A stretch of 64,000 bases of DNA from an uncultured delta proteobacterium (GTDB lineage: Bacteria; Myxococcota; Myxococcia; Myxococcales; Myxococcaceae), in contig CAVQKE010000005.1 in the NCBI GenBank assembly GCA_963713045.1, positions 128,001-192,000 on the forward strand. Direction: 5' to 3'. The notes beneath the pieces are model-generated. The model saw nothing but the letters and a program-made list of their open reading frames with translations. It did no database searches and was not told the DNA's origin. This document shows positions 1-9,845 of this stretch, piece after piece (position 1 is the first letter of the stretch; each line of letters starts with the position of its first letter). A program made the position numbers and the translations under genes.

Positions 1-621
1 CCCGGTGCCAAGGGCGGCCATGGAGAGCCCATACAGCCAACGCTTTCCCATCGAGTAGCTGCCGAGCAGGTAGCCGTATCCAAACAGGATCGTCACAGCA
101 AGGGCATGCGAGACGCGCATCGCGACCGGCATTTCCCTGATGAAAACGAAAGGGAGTGCGACTGGAAGAGTTGCCAGGACGACAATCACGAAGACGCCCA
201 TCGCCCCGAGGAAGTCGCGGGCACCCAGCGCGGAATGCGGAACGGGCAGGTTGACGAGGTCCTTGGAGAGCGCCTCGATTGTCTCCTCTCGGAAGCTGAC
301 GGCAAGGCGTTCCGGAAGGGTCTCGGTGACGATACGTCTAGCGTCACGAGGATCAGAGGTCTCCTGGAGGCGCCGCACCAGCCGAATGTTCCGGCCATTC
401 ACAATCGCCGCAGTGACGACGTACATCACGGCGTCCGTAAAGCCCCAGGCGATATTGCAACCCAAAGCCATGTGAACAGCGGCCCTGGCGTCCTGAGCTC
501 CCGCAGAGGTAACGCTCAACGCTCCCATGATGCTCACTGCCATGAGCACTCCGAAGATCACCTCGGAGGCACGTTCAATGGGGTCCAGCACCCGACCCCC
601 TGCGAGCTTCCCCGTCGGCAT
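1..621 (-). CDS. VIT1/CCC1-like membrane protein (3' end outside the window)
   Basis: Manual translation from ATG 621: MPTGKLAGGRVLDPIERASEVIFGVLMAVSIMGALSV...ALGCNIAWGFTDAVMY...; frame open to position 1; several TM segments. Confidence 0.7.
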   Translation of the reverse strand, partial: MPTGKLAGGRVLDPIERASEVIFGVLMAVSIMGALSVTSAGAQDARAAVHMALGCNIAWGFTDAVMYVVTAAIVNGRNIRLVRRLQETSDPRDARRIVTETLPERLAVSFREETIEALSKDLVNLPVPHSALGARDFLGAMGVFVIVVLATLPVALPFVFIREMPVAMRVSHALAVTILFGYGYLLGSYSMGKRWLYGLSMAALGTG

Positions 622-911
622 TAACCACCCCTTGCGGCGAGCCAGCGGTTCGATGCTACCCAAACCACCTCGCCCTGGCTCGCTGCGCCTTGGCCGTATT
701 CCACCCGCCGCCTCCTCCAGCGGTAAGGTGCCGGCGGCGCGTCAAACCGGCGCCGTCGGGCTTGACCGTGCGCTAGCACCTGCTGCTAAACAACCTAGGT
801 TTGCACTACGGCACAAAGGAAGAACGCCGCCCGGAGCCGATTGCCGTGAACGGGATCTCCGACGTCGCAGTGGGTATTCGTTCCCACTCGCCCGGCGGCT
901 TTCGATAACGC

Positions 912-2057
912 ATGAAGCTCTTCCTTCATCGCCTCTCCCGGGGCCTCGTGGCGGTCGCCTCGCTCGCCCTCATCCCCCCCACGTCCGCCGCCGATGGAAG
1001 CTGCGGGCTCACTGGCATTCGCCGTGTGGTCGCGGTCGGCGACGTCCACGGTTCCTACGAAAATCTCGTCAAGGTTCTGACCATGGCCCAGTTGCTGGAC
1101 CGTTCCGGCCATTGGGGCGGCGGCAAGGCAGTCCTGGTTCAGGTCGGCGACATCCTCGATCGCGGCGTCCGAACGCGTCCAGCGCTCGACCTCCTGATGC
1201 GTCTTGAGAAGGAGGCGCGCCAGGCGGGCGGCCGGGTCATTGTGCTCCTAGGAAACCACGAGGTGATGAACGTGCTCGGGGACCTGAGCGCCGTTCAGGC
1301 CGCAGAGTACGCACAGTGGAAGCCGCGTGATGCCGCTGGTTCCCAAACGCCGGGAAGCAAGACGCCGCGCATGCAGTACGTGGACATCGTCACTGAACGC
1401 GCTCGCGAGGAGGCGAAGGCCGCTGGACAGCCGTTTGACGAGCAGGCCTATCGACAGAAGGTTCTCGAACAGACCCCCCCGGGCTTTGTTGAACGCGAGC
1501 AAGCATTATCGCCGCAGGGTACGTACGGGTTGTGGATCCGCGCGCACGATGTCATCGCGACGGTCAACGGCGTAGCCTTCCTGCACGGTGGGCTGACCCC
1601 TGAAGTGGCCGCGCTCGGCTGCGAGCGGGTCAACCGGCAGGTCCGGAGCGAACTCAGCACGGACCTCGCCAAGACGAAGGCGAACCCGCGGGAGGCACTC
1701 GCGACCCAGGAGAACGGCCCGCTCAACTACCGCGGTCTCGCCCAAGGAGACGAAGGGGCCCTTCTCCCCTCCGTCGAGAAAGTGCTGCAGTCGATGGGGG
1801 TGGAGGCGGTCGTAATCGGCCACACTCCCACCGGCGACGGCAAAATCCACTCGCGGTTTGGGGGGCGGGTGCTGGTGGTCGACGTGGGTATGCTGGCCGA
1901 CCTCGGTGGCCACCTCGCGGCCCTTGAGGTGGGTCCCGACGGGTCAATGACCGCGATCTACCCGACGGGTCGTGTGGCCTTGGGGCTCAAGGCGGTCGAT
2001 AGGGCGAAGCCCCGGGACCCGCCTGCGGCGCCGGCCCTTGGCCCTCAAACGCGTTGA
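912..2057 (+). CDS. Secreted calcineurin-like metallophosphoesterase (Shewanella-like phosphatase type)
   Basis: GDVHG, GDILDRG, GNHE, HGG and GHT motifs; N-terminal signal peptide. Confidence 0.88.
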   Translation: MKLFLHRLSRGLVAVASLALIPPTSAADGSCGLTGIRRVVAVGDVHGSYENLVKVLTMAQLLDRSGHWGGGKAVLVQVGDILDRGVRTRPALDLLMRLEKEARQAGGRVIVLLGNHEVMNVLGDLSAVQAAEYAQWKPRDAAGSQTPGSKTPRMQYVDIVTERAREEAKAAGQPFDEQAYRQKVLEQTPPGFVEREQALSPQGTYGLWIRAHDVIATVNGVAFLHGGLTPEVAALGCERVNRQVRSELSTDLAKTKANPREALATQENGPLNYRGLAQGDEGALLPSVEKVLQSMGVEAVVIGHTPTGDGKIHSRFGGRVLVVDVGMLADLGGHLAALEVGPDGSMTAIYPTGRVALGLKAVDRAKPRDPPAAPALGPQTR

Positions 2058-2147
2058 GCAACGTCGACCGCCAGCTGAGGGTGACCCTCGCGCGCCGGAT
2101 GGCCAATCTCGGCTTCACGCCGGTAGGTGTGATCGCCCTTTGGCCAC

Positions 2148-2684
2148 CTAGGGGTTGGCCGGCTTTGGCGCCGTGCTTCCATCAGCGATCGGCCAGACCG
2201 TCGCCACCAGCCAGCTAACAGCAATACCGACGGCACTGCCCAGAAGGACCTCCGCTACGCGCAGCAGCCCGAGTTCGCCCGCAGTGAGGCCCGGTGGCGG
2301 ATGTAGGCTTCCGGCGATGATGATCGCGGCGGTGATGGGCGCCTGGCGCCACATCACCGGGATACGCACGACGTAGGTGGACAGCAGCACCGTCGTCGCC
2401 AGCGCGAAGGGGACCTTCCAAGGACTTGGATCACCCGCCACCAGGAAGAGCAGCCCGACCCCACAGCCGACCAGGGTATTGATGAAGCGGCTGCGGAACA
2501 TCTTGAGCGCCTGCTTCACCACAGGATCGCTCGCCGCGATCATCGAGGCGACAGCCCAAATCGGGTTCGCCCGGGGGAAAACCAGCTTCAGGAGTCCCCC
2601 GATGACAATGGTCGCGAGGAAGACATTCAGGGCAAAGCGCACGCCAAGGAAGCCATCCCCGCGCAAGCGGTCGACCACTCTCAC
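2148..2684 (-). CDS. FUSC / aromatic acid exporter family membrane protein
   Basis: NPIWAVAS...SRFINTLVGC...LRVAEVLLG pattern; about 5 TM helices. Confidence 0.75.
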   Translation of the reverse strand: MRVVDRLRGDGFLGVRFALNVFLATIVIGGLLKLVFPRANPIWAVASMIAASDPVVKQALKMFRSRFINTLVGCGVGLLFLVAGDPSPWKVPFALATTVLLSTYVVRIPVMWRQAPITAAIIIAGSLHPPPGLTAGELGLLRVAEVLLGSAVGIAVSWLVATVWPIADGSTAPKPANP

Positions 2685-2717
2685 AGCGAACGCCCCAGAG
2701 CGGCCGGGGCTCGGCCT

Positions 2718-3653
2718 TTACTCATGTGCTTGGGGCGGATTGCCCTTGAGCGTATAGACAATCCCTGTCTTGGTCGCGCCGAGCAGAACATAATTGCGCC
2801 CGCTCTGCTGCAGAGCGATGAAGAAGCGCCTAGCGCGGTCCAGCGCCTTCTCGTGCAACTCATCCTTCTTCTGGAACTTCACTTGAAAGGCAAACTCGCC
2901 CACCAGGGGGCGTTGCCTTCCGCGCTCGCGCCAGAGCGAAACGTTGAACTTCGCCGCCATCCCCTTGCCGAAGTCGAGGGTGCCCAAATCCTGCAACACC
3001 TCTTCGACGATCGTCTGGTTCACCAACTCCACGCGGTCGCTCTCCGTTTTAAGCACCGAGGCGAGAACCGGGAGGGCCTGGGTCACCATTTTCATGGCGT
3101 CGCGATCCCCTACCGGAGCCTGGCTGAGCGGGAACTGGACATTGTGTGAGAAGAGCAGTCGATACGAACCCAACCGATCCTTGAGTGGCAGTACTTCGAC
3201 CTTGAACTTCACGCGGTATTTGCCGCTAATCTGCGGACGGACGTCCATCTCCGCCGCCTTCTGCACGTCCGGGTGCCGGAACTTGAAGACGATCTCCGGA
3301 TCGTCGACGGGAAACCCGTCCTCATACTGGATGCGCTGACGCAGGATGAATGCGTTCTTGTAGAGGCTGAAATCGGCGGTGTCCATGAAGAGCACCTCGC
3401 GGACCTCCGGCCGTGGCGTCGCCCCTTCATCCGTGCATTCGACTTCGGTGTCCCTCGCGGCTTGCTTCACCACCTTTGCGTACTCGCGAAAACTCTTCGC
3501 GGAGGTGAAGAGATCGGGCTTCAGGATTATCTTGCACTCCAGGAACTGCACCTCGGGCAGCGGCGTCCCATCCCTGTACTTCCCGGGCTTGAGGTCCGGC
3601 ACGCGGCTCTCGAAGCTAGCCAAGTTATCTTCGATTTGCTTTTTGTTTGGCAT
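2718..3653 (-). CDS. Conserved hypothetical protein, probable CYTH/triphosphate-tunnel fold
   Basis: 311 aa with clean codon usage and an RBS; FLECK, ILRQR, FKFR and EFAF resemble CYTH motifs (inference). Confidence 0.6.
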   Translation of the reverse strand: MPNKKQIEDNLASFESRVPDLKPGKYRDGTPLPEVQFLECKIILKPDLFTSAKSFREYAKVVKQAARDTEVECTDEGATPRPEVREVLFMDTADFSLYKNAFILRQRIQYEDGFPVDDPEIVFKFRHPDVQKAAEMDVRPQISGKYRVKFKVEVLPLKDRLGSYRLLFSHNVQFPLSQAPVGDRDAMKMVTQALPVLASVLKTESDRVELVNQTIVEEVLQDLGTLDFGKGMAAKFNVSLWRERGRQRPLVGEFAFQVKFQKKDELHEKALDRARRFFIALQQSGRNYVLLGATKTGIVYTLKGNPPQAHE

Positions 3654-4051
3654 CGCCTTTGGAGACTCGGGTTATGCCCGTCGCGACGGCGCGTCGCGCG
3701 CTGCTCAGTCTGTTATTCCATGATGTGGTCCGAGCGCACGGCGCGTCAAGTCATCGCGTCCGATGGCCCGGAACAGGCCAGGCATTTTCTGGCCCGGTCG
3801 CCCGAGGCTGGGGGCCGCAGTGAGCAAGTAAGCCGCGCACGCGTTGTGCCCTCAAGTCCCGGCGGGCCCACCGAGAGCATCGTATACGTGGTGTCGGTTT
3901 TCCTGGGCGCAAATTGTGCAGAAACAGCTGGCGCCGGCGCAAAACAACGCTAGAAGTCGCGTTCCGCTACCGTCGCAGTTCGCGATGGCGGGCGCTCGCG
4001 GCCTTCTGCGCTTTGCGAACCGCCGTCAAATTCTACAGCGGATGCGAAAGG

Positions 4052-4067
4052 TGGCACCGAAACCGCT
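4052..4067 (+). promoter_or_regulatory. Putative sigma54 -24/-12 promoter
   Basis: TGGCAC-CGAAA-CCGCT has GG-N10-GC spacing; lies in a ~900-bp intergenic region. Confidence 0.3.
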
Positions 4068-4559
4068 CATGTTCTGTGAGCAACTTTTCACCGGTGACAA
4101 CGGGGCCCGCGTAATCGAGTCACGGAGCGGCTAGACCCGCCGGTTTCCCCCGCGCGCTCGCTCTCTTCGCCCGTGTCCCTTGCGCGGAGCGAAAGGAAAC
4201 TCGAGACCTGTCGGAGTCGTTGCCCATGAAAAGAGGTCAACCAATCAACGCCCGCACGGGGCGTGCGAGCGCCTCTGACCGCTCAGGATGAGTCCTCGCG
4301 TGCTCGGCAAGTTGCTACTACGCGCCGAGCGGGCACCAACGAAATCACGCATGAACTGCGGGCCGCGGTGGTAACACTGGAGCCACAGTTCTTCAGGCCG
4401 TAGCGGCCTGAATTCTGCACGGAGACCCGAGTCGCAACAAGAAAGAAACTCCAGTAGGACCGGAAAAGGGACGAAGACCGTGGCGCAGTACCAGTGGAAT
4501 GAACACGCGTGGGCCTCTCAAAGGACCGAGAGGCCATCACCCAACGAAAGGAAGGCGTT

Positions 4560-4970
4560 ATGCGGAGGTTTGCAACAGCATCGATGCTGGTGGGGGCGTT
4601 GCTTGTCGCGGGACGGGCCCAGGCTGCTGAGACCCTTGCCGATAGTCTGAAGAAGGCCTGCAACAAGGAACTGACAACGTTCTGTAAGGGCGTCCCGGAG
4701 GGTGAGGGGCGCATTCTCGCCTGTCTCTACGCCTTCGAGGACAAGGTCTCCGACAAGTGCATCTATGCGGTTTACGACGCGTCTCTCGAACTCGAGCAGG
4801 CAGTCGCAGCCATTAAGTACGCTGCCTCCCAATGCAAGGACGACCTCCAGAAGTTCTGCGCCAACGTCGAGGTCGGCCAGGGACGGGCGCTGGCGTGCCT
4901 CGACAAGAACGCTAAGAACGTGAGCCAGACCTGCAAGGACGCGCTGAAACAGACCGGGCTGAAGAAGTAG
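4560..4970 (+). CDS. Secreted cysteine-rich repeat protein (GLG1/Cys_rich_FGFR-like)
   Basis: Signal peptide; two C..(E/D)L..FC..V..G.GR.LACL repeats; RBS aaggaagg. Confidence 0.8.
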   Translation: MRRFATASMLVGALLVAGRAQAAETLADSLKKACNKELTTFCKGVPEGEGRILACLYAFEDKVSDKCIYAVYDASLELEQAVAAIKYAASQCKDDLQKFCANVEVGQGRALACLDKNAKNVSQTCKDALKQTGLKK

Positions 4971-5065
4971 AGGGGCGCATCGGCACCGGACGGATGACCG
5001 ACGTCTGGTCACGCCCGGTGCTGGGCGATGTGGCTAATGGCCGTCCTGGCCCTAAGGAGAAGCAC

Positions 5066-5635
5066 ATGCAGACAACGATTGCAGACCTTTTCTCCCGCTT
5101 CTGGTGGATGATTTTGCTGCGAGGGGCAATCGCCGTGCTCTTCGGCGTCGTGCTGTTCGCCTGGCCAGGAGTGTCGCTCGCGTCGCTGGTCATCCTCTTT
5201 GGCATATTCGTGTTCATCGACGGAATCGGAAACGTGGTGATGGCATTTGGCGGACGCCAGGAGGAGGACCACTGGTGGGTCCTCCTGCTCGCTGGGCTCG
5301 CCGGCATCGCCGTGGGCATTTTGACCTTCCTCAACCCGGACATCACGGCTCTCGTCCTCCTCTTCTACATCGCCATCTGGGCCATCGTGACTGGCGTCCT
5401 CCAAATCGTGGCCGCCATCCGGCTCCGCAAGGTCATCCAGGGCGAGTTCTGGATGGTACTGGGTGGCCTCGCCTCTATCGCTTTCGGGGTTTTCGTCATC
5501 GCCCGACCGGGACAGGGCGCCCTGGCGATCTTGTGGCTCATTGGGGCCTACGCCATCGTGATTGGCGTCGTCCTGATTCTCTTCGCGTTCAGGGCCCGAG
5601 GCTTCGTAAAGCGAGTCGAAAAGGCTGCAGCATAA
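5066..5635 (+). CDS. HdeD/DUF308 acid-resistance membrane protein
   Basis: WWMILLRGAIAVLFG..WPG; six TM helices; RBS taaggag. Confidence 0.88.
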   Translation: MQTTIADLFSRFWWMILLRGAIAVLFGVVLFAWPGVSLASLVILFGIFVFIDGIGNVVMAFGGRQEEDHWWVLLLAGLAGIAVGILTFLNPDITALVLLFYIAIWAIVTGVLQIVAAIRLRKVIQGEFWMVLGGLASIAFGVFVIARPGQGALAILWLIGAYAIVIGVVLILFAFRARGFVKRVEKAAA

Positions 5636-5905
5636 CGACAACGCAGAGGCGCGGCATCCTGTCAACACCGTGAGCCTGGGTCATGAGACGCGCTCCGCCT
5701 AAGGATTCCCACTCGTGAGCGCAAATCTTTTTCGAGCTGCCGTTAGCGCAAAGCGCTCGGGCGTGGTACTTGCTTTTCAACTAGCTAGAGCCTCAGCGCT
5801 TAGGCCAAAGGCCAGCAAGAGGTCGAGCCTACCGAGCCGAGCAGCGTTCTGGCGTTAAAAGCTGCACCACTGGCAACAGAGTGAACTTAGAGGACGAGGG
5901 CTAAA

Positions 5906-6622
5906 ATGAGATCGGCATTAGGGAAGCACAAGCGCTACTCAGGTTTCGGTGTAGCGCTCCTGGCTGTGACTGCTTTTGCGCAACAGGACGCCGGAGGAAG
6001 GCCTGAGCTTCAGGAGAAAATTGAAGCCCTCAAGAAGTCGATGGCACAGAGCCAGCAGGCCCTTCGAGGGTACGCGTGGACTGAAACGACCCAGGTCATC
6101 CTGAAGGGAGAAACGAAATCCACGACGCAGGCTTCTTGCCAGTTTGCGGCGGACGGGAAGGTGGTCAAGACCCCGGTCAACGCAGGTCAACCGCCGCCAC
6201 AGTCTCCGAAGGGCGTGAAAGGAAAGGTCGTCAGTAACAAGAAGGAGGAAATGTCCGACTATATGAAGAGTGCCGCGGCGCTCATTCAGAGTTACGTGCC
6301 GCCTGACCCCTCACGTCTGCAAGCCGCTTTTAAGGCCGGCAAGGCTGAAATGCAGCAGGCGCCCGGAGGAGTCGTGAGTCTGGTGTTTCACGACTATGTC
6401 AAACCGGGCGATGCGCTCACCCTCATGATGAACGGTCAGACGAACACCATTCAGAGTGTTTCCGTGAAGTCCTATCTCGATGATGTAAAGGATGCGGTCA
6501 ACCTGACGGTCCGCTTCGCCAATCTCCCCGACGGTGTGAATTACGCCGCCGAAACGGTCCTCGACGCGACGGCTAAGCAAATGCAGGTCCGGACAACCAA
6601 CTCGGGGTACCGAAAGCTGTAA
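5906..6622 (+). CDS. Secreted hypothetical protein
   Basis: 238 aa with signal peptide (AFA-QQ) and RBS gagg. Confidence 0.7.
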   Translation: MRSALGKHKRYSGFGVALLAVTAFAQQDAGGRPELQEKIEALKKSMAQSQQALRGYAWTETTQVILKGETKSTTQASCQFAADGKVVKTPVNAGQPPPQSPKGVKGKVVSNKKEEMSDYMKSAAALIQSYVPPDPSRLQAAFKAGKAEMQQAPGGVVSLVFHDYVKPGDALTLMMNGQTNTIQSVSVKSYLDDVKDAVNLTVRFANLPDGVNYAAETVLDATAKQMQVRTTNSGYRKL

Positions 6623-6632
6623 AGTCCCTGAC

Positions 6633-8084
6633 TCAGATAAAATATGAGAACAGACGCATGACGGAGTTTCTGAAACGCTGACCGAAGGTCAGACCCTTCA
6701 AATCCTCCAAGGTGACTTCGTGGCAGTTGGCCATGTCCTCCTCAAATAGCCGTTCTTGCTCGCGGGTCAGCTCCTCATCGAAGAGCCACACCATGAGCTC
6801 CTTGTGTAGCCGCAGGCTCCGGATGTCCATGTTCATCGTGCCGATGGCGCACAGTTCCGAGTCGACGGCGATGGTCTTCGCGTGCAGAAAACCCGCCTTG
6901 TAGAGGTAGATGCGCGCTCCAGCCCTGAGTAGAGGTTCGAAGTACGTCCAAGCTGCCCAGTAGGGCATCTTCTTGTCGGGCACCCCCGTCATCATGAACC
7001 GAACGTCGACCCCGCTGAGTGCGGCGTTTACCATGGTGTCGTAGAGGCCCACCTCGGGTACAAAGTAGGGCGACTGAATCCACACGCGCCGCTCGGCGTT
7101 TCCTATGGCAATCATGTGGGCTCGCCGCGATGACTGCCACGGGTCCTCCACCATCTGAGCGACGACCTGACAGAGTACGCCGGTGTCGCCCCCGGCGTTT
7201 GACGGCGCCGGCAGGTATTCGGGCGTCAAGACATTTTCCTTACACTTTTCAAACCAGCGCCGGGCAAACAGTGCCTCCAACTCACCCACCACTTGGCCGG
7301 TCAACCGCAGATGCGTATCCCGCCAGCGGCTGTAGCGTTTACCGCCGTCGATGTACTCCTGCCCCACGTTGAAGCCTCCCGTGTAACCAATCTCGCCGTC
7401 GATGACGACAATCTTCCTGTGGTCGCGGTAGTTCAACTTGGGAAGGTCCATCACATCCCCGGCGACTTGCGCCCCCAGCGGCACGAGGGCGTTTAGCTTC
7501 TTTTTGCTCCAGGCGATGGAGCCTACATAGTCGTAAAGGAAACGCACCTTGACTCCGGCCGTCAGCCGTTCGCGGAGAATCTCGATTAAAGCGTCCGTAA
7601 GTTCGTCGTTTTCCCAGATGAAGTACTGGATGTGAATGAAGCGCTTGGCGGCCGCCAGGTCGGCTTTGAGACGGTCGAACTTCTGGGCGCCAGTGGGGAA
7701 AATCTCTGCACGGTCGGCCGTCACTACTCTGTAGCCGCTCTCGCGCCGGATGGCTCTGCGCAACCGGTCGACATACGTACCCGCGAAGCGCTTCTCGAAT
7801 CGTTGTACCGCCAATGCGTTTCGCTCAAAGAACGGCGTCAAAACCTTCTGCTCGGCATGGCGGCCCGCAGTGATCCAGGATTGCTTCGCGCTGACCGCAG
7901 CCCAATCTCGGCCGAAGAGAAAGTAGAAGACTAGGCCGACGAAAGGAAAGGCCAGCAGTGCGAAGCCCCACGCGAGCGTGTCGCCCGTTTCGCGGTTCTC
8001 CATCGTCAGCGTCGCCATGACCACGAGGAAGTAGGCTACGAATGGCCAGAAGAGCCACCAAGGGAGGTATGCGTGAATGAACAC
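6633..8084 (-). CDS. cls: Cardiolipin synthase
   Basis: N-terminal PLDc_N TM pair; two HKD motifs (HRKIVVID, HAKTIAVD). Confidence 0.92.
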   Translation of the reverse strand: MFIHAYLPWWLFWPFVAYFLVVMATLTMENRETGDTLAWGFALLAFPFVGLVFYFLFGRDWAAVSAKQSWITAGRHAEQKVLTPFFERNALAVQRFEKRFAGTYVDRLRRAIRRESGYRVVTADRAEIFPTGAQKFDRLKADLAAAKRFIHIQYFIWENDELTDALIEILRERLTAGVKVRFLYDYVGSIAWSKKKLNALVPLGAQVAGDVMDLPKLNYRDHRKIVVIDGEIGYTGGFNVGQEYIDGGKRYSRWRDTHLRLTGQVVGELEALFARRWFEKCKENVLTPEYLPAPSNAGGDTGVLCQVVAQMVEDPWQSSRRAHMIAIGNAERRVWIQSPYFVPEVGLYDTMVNAALSGVDVRFMMTGVPDKKMPYWAAWTYFEPLLRAGARIYLYKAGFLHAKTIAVDSELCAIGTMNMDIRSLRLHKELMVWLFDEELTREQERLFEEDMANCHEVTLEDLKGLTFGQRFRNSVMRLFSYFI

Positions 8085-8289
8085 TTGGATTCCCGCCTCT
8101 CAGGACGAACGTTTGTTGGTGCTTACTCGTCTATTGCCGGACCACGGCTGCATCAGTGCCATTGGCACTCATGTCAGTGTCCAAAAAGACCCGCGCACGA
8201 CCTCATGAGTGGCTCTTTCGGTGACAAGCATTTCCCAGGGTCGGCCTACCTCTTGTTCGTTCACCCCACTGGAGTGCCGAACACGACGA

Positions 8290-8986
8290 CTATTCCTTAG
8301 CGGTAGGGGGCAATTGCGATTCGGGAGTCGGCCCGCTTGGCGGTGCTGGGACACCACGCTCCTCAGCCAAGTCCCTCAAGCGGCTGACCCGTCCCACGAC
8401 ATCCACCAGCACACTACCTGTCCATCCAAATGTGAAGAGCCCGGAGATAGCCATCATCGGACAGAGCATCTTCCAGGGCTCAGGCAGTAGCACCGTGCCG
8501 TAACCGAGCGTCGTGTAGGTGTTGGCAACGAAATACGCGGCGTCGCGCCAGGAGTGCACGAGATGCCCCCAGACCAGCACCGATGTCCAAATTACCGTCT
8601 CGACGAGGTGCGAAGCGAGCATGAAGGCGACAGCGCCGGCGAAGAGCAAATCCGCGCGCCAGATGGTGGGACGCAACGCCACGACTTTGGCCCGGCGGAT
8701 GCAATGCAATTGGACTGTCCGCATGGCAGCCCCGTGCAGAAGCACGATGAGGATTAGCATCACTCCGCCGACGAGAACGTCAGCGGCTGGCAGAATCTGC
8801 TGCAGGGTACGGAGAAAGCGGCTGGCAGAATCTGCTGCAGGGTACGGAGAAAGCGGCTGGCAGAATCTGCTGCAGGGTACGGAGAACGCCGGCCACCTTC
8901 TCGACGTCCTTTTCGGCGGCAGCGCCCAGCTGAGGCGTCTGGGCGAAAAAGAGGGCAAGCCTATTAACGATGGAAGCTTCGACCAT
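8290..8986 (-). pseudogene. Two-TM potassium channel (Ion_trans_2), frameshifted by tandem-repeat expansion
   Basis: Pore motif YFVANTYTTLGYG; the N-terminus (MVEASIVN...RTLQQILPAA) and body (RTLQQILPAADVLVGG...) join in frame with one repeat copy but not with the three present. Confidence 0.8.
8782..8886. repeat. Perfect tandem repeat, 3 x 35 bp
   Basis: agcggctggcagaatctgctgcagggtacggagaa at 8782, 8817 and 8852; no spacers. Confidence 0.97.
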
Positions 8987-9845
8987 AGATGGCCTGGAGT
9001 TGCCCCCGTGAAACCGGACAGGTCAGGGGGTTGGACATAGCAGCTCGGAATTCGGCTGGTGACAGCATCTTCAGGCCCTTGTGGGGGGCGACGCGATTGT
9101 AGTCCGCGACCCAGGCGGGCAGCTGGGCCAGGACGTGCGCGGCGTTCGGAAGTTTGTTCACATACAGATAGTCGCGCTTAAAGGTTTTCACAAAACCTTC
9201 GGCCATCCCGTTGCCCTCGGGGGAGTACGACGCGGTCGTGCAGATGACGAGGCTGAGTCCACGACCGAAGTCACGCGTCGCATAGGCGGTGTAAATCGGC
9301 CCGTTGTCAGAGAGCCACTCGATGGGGTGCGGCGTCGTCCTTGTGCCTTTGCCGAAACGCACTGGGACGGTTTCTGCCATCAGGTCCTGGAGGGTGAGCG
9401 CGGTTGGATAGTCTGCGCTGGCCCGAAACGCGATGAGCTCCCGGTCGCAGCAGTCGAGGCTGAAGGCCATCTGCACTCGCTCGCCGTTCCAGCAGCGGAT
9501 TTCAAACGTGTCACTGCACCAGCGCAGGTCCGGCTTCAAAGTGACGACTCGGCCGTCGTGGGTGCGCGTCGGTTTGCCCGTGTAGCGCGCCAGCAGCAGT
9601 CCAGCAGCCCGCATCAGACGGTACGCTCGTTTGTGATTCATGGTCGGCTCGCCTCTCGAGCGACGCTCCCGGCTGATGGTCGTGGCCCTCCGGGACGCGT
9701 AGGTGCTGCGCTGACTGGCGACCGCCTTGAGCGCCTCCATGACGACGGCGTCCTCAGCAGCATCTGTTTCGCGTGCCAGCTTTGGCCTCCGCGATGCCAG
9801 CAGGTTGGACCGCGAAACCTGCAGAGCCCGGGCGATGGCGTTCAC
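8964..9845 (-). CDS. IS2-like transposase OrfB (DDE/rve)
   Basis: RWCSD, LDCCDRE, WLSDNG and NGMAEGFVKTFKRDY motifs; -1 frame relative to orfA. Confidence 0.92.
   Translation of the reverse strand: MNAIARALQVSRSNLLASRRPKLARETDAAEDAVVMEALKAVASQRSTYASRRATTISRERRSRGEPTMNHKRAYRLMRAAGLLLARYTGKPTRTHDGRVVTLKPDLRWCSDTFEIRCWNGERVQMAFSLDCCDRELIAFRASADYPTALTLQDLMAETVPVRFGKGTRTTPHPIEWLSDNGPIYTAYATRDFGRGLSLVICTTASYSPEGNGMAEGFVKTFKRDYLYVNKLPNAAHVLAQLPAWVADYNRVAPHKGLKMLSPAEFRAAMSNPLTCPVSRGQLQAIYGRSFHR

Noticed and set aside
5630..5748. Integron attC site (GCATAAC ... GTTAGCG after hdeD)
   Set aside because: Inner L boxes do not pair, there is no repeated attC family, gene orientations are mixed and there is no intI
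8782..8886. CRISPR array (35-bp repeats)
   Set aside because: Repeats are head-to-tail with no spacers, lie inside a CDS, and no cas genes are present
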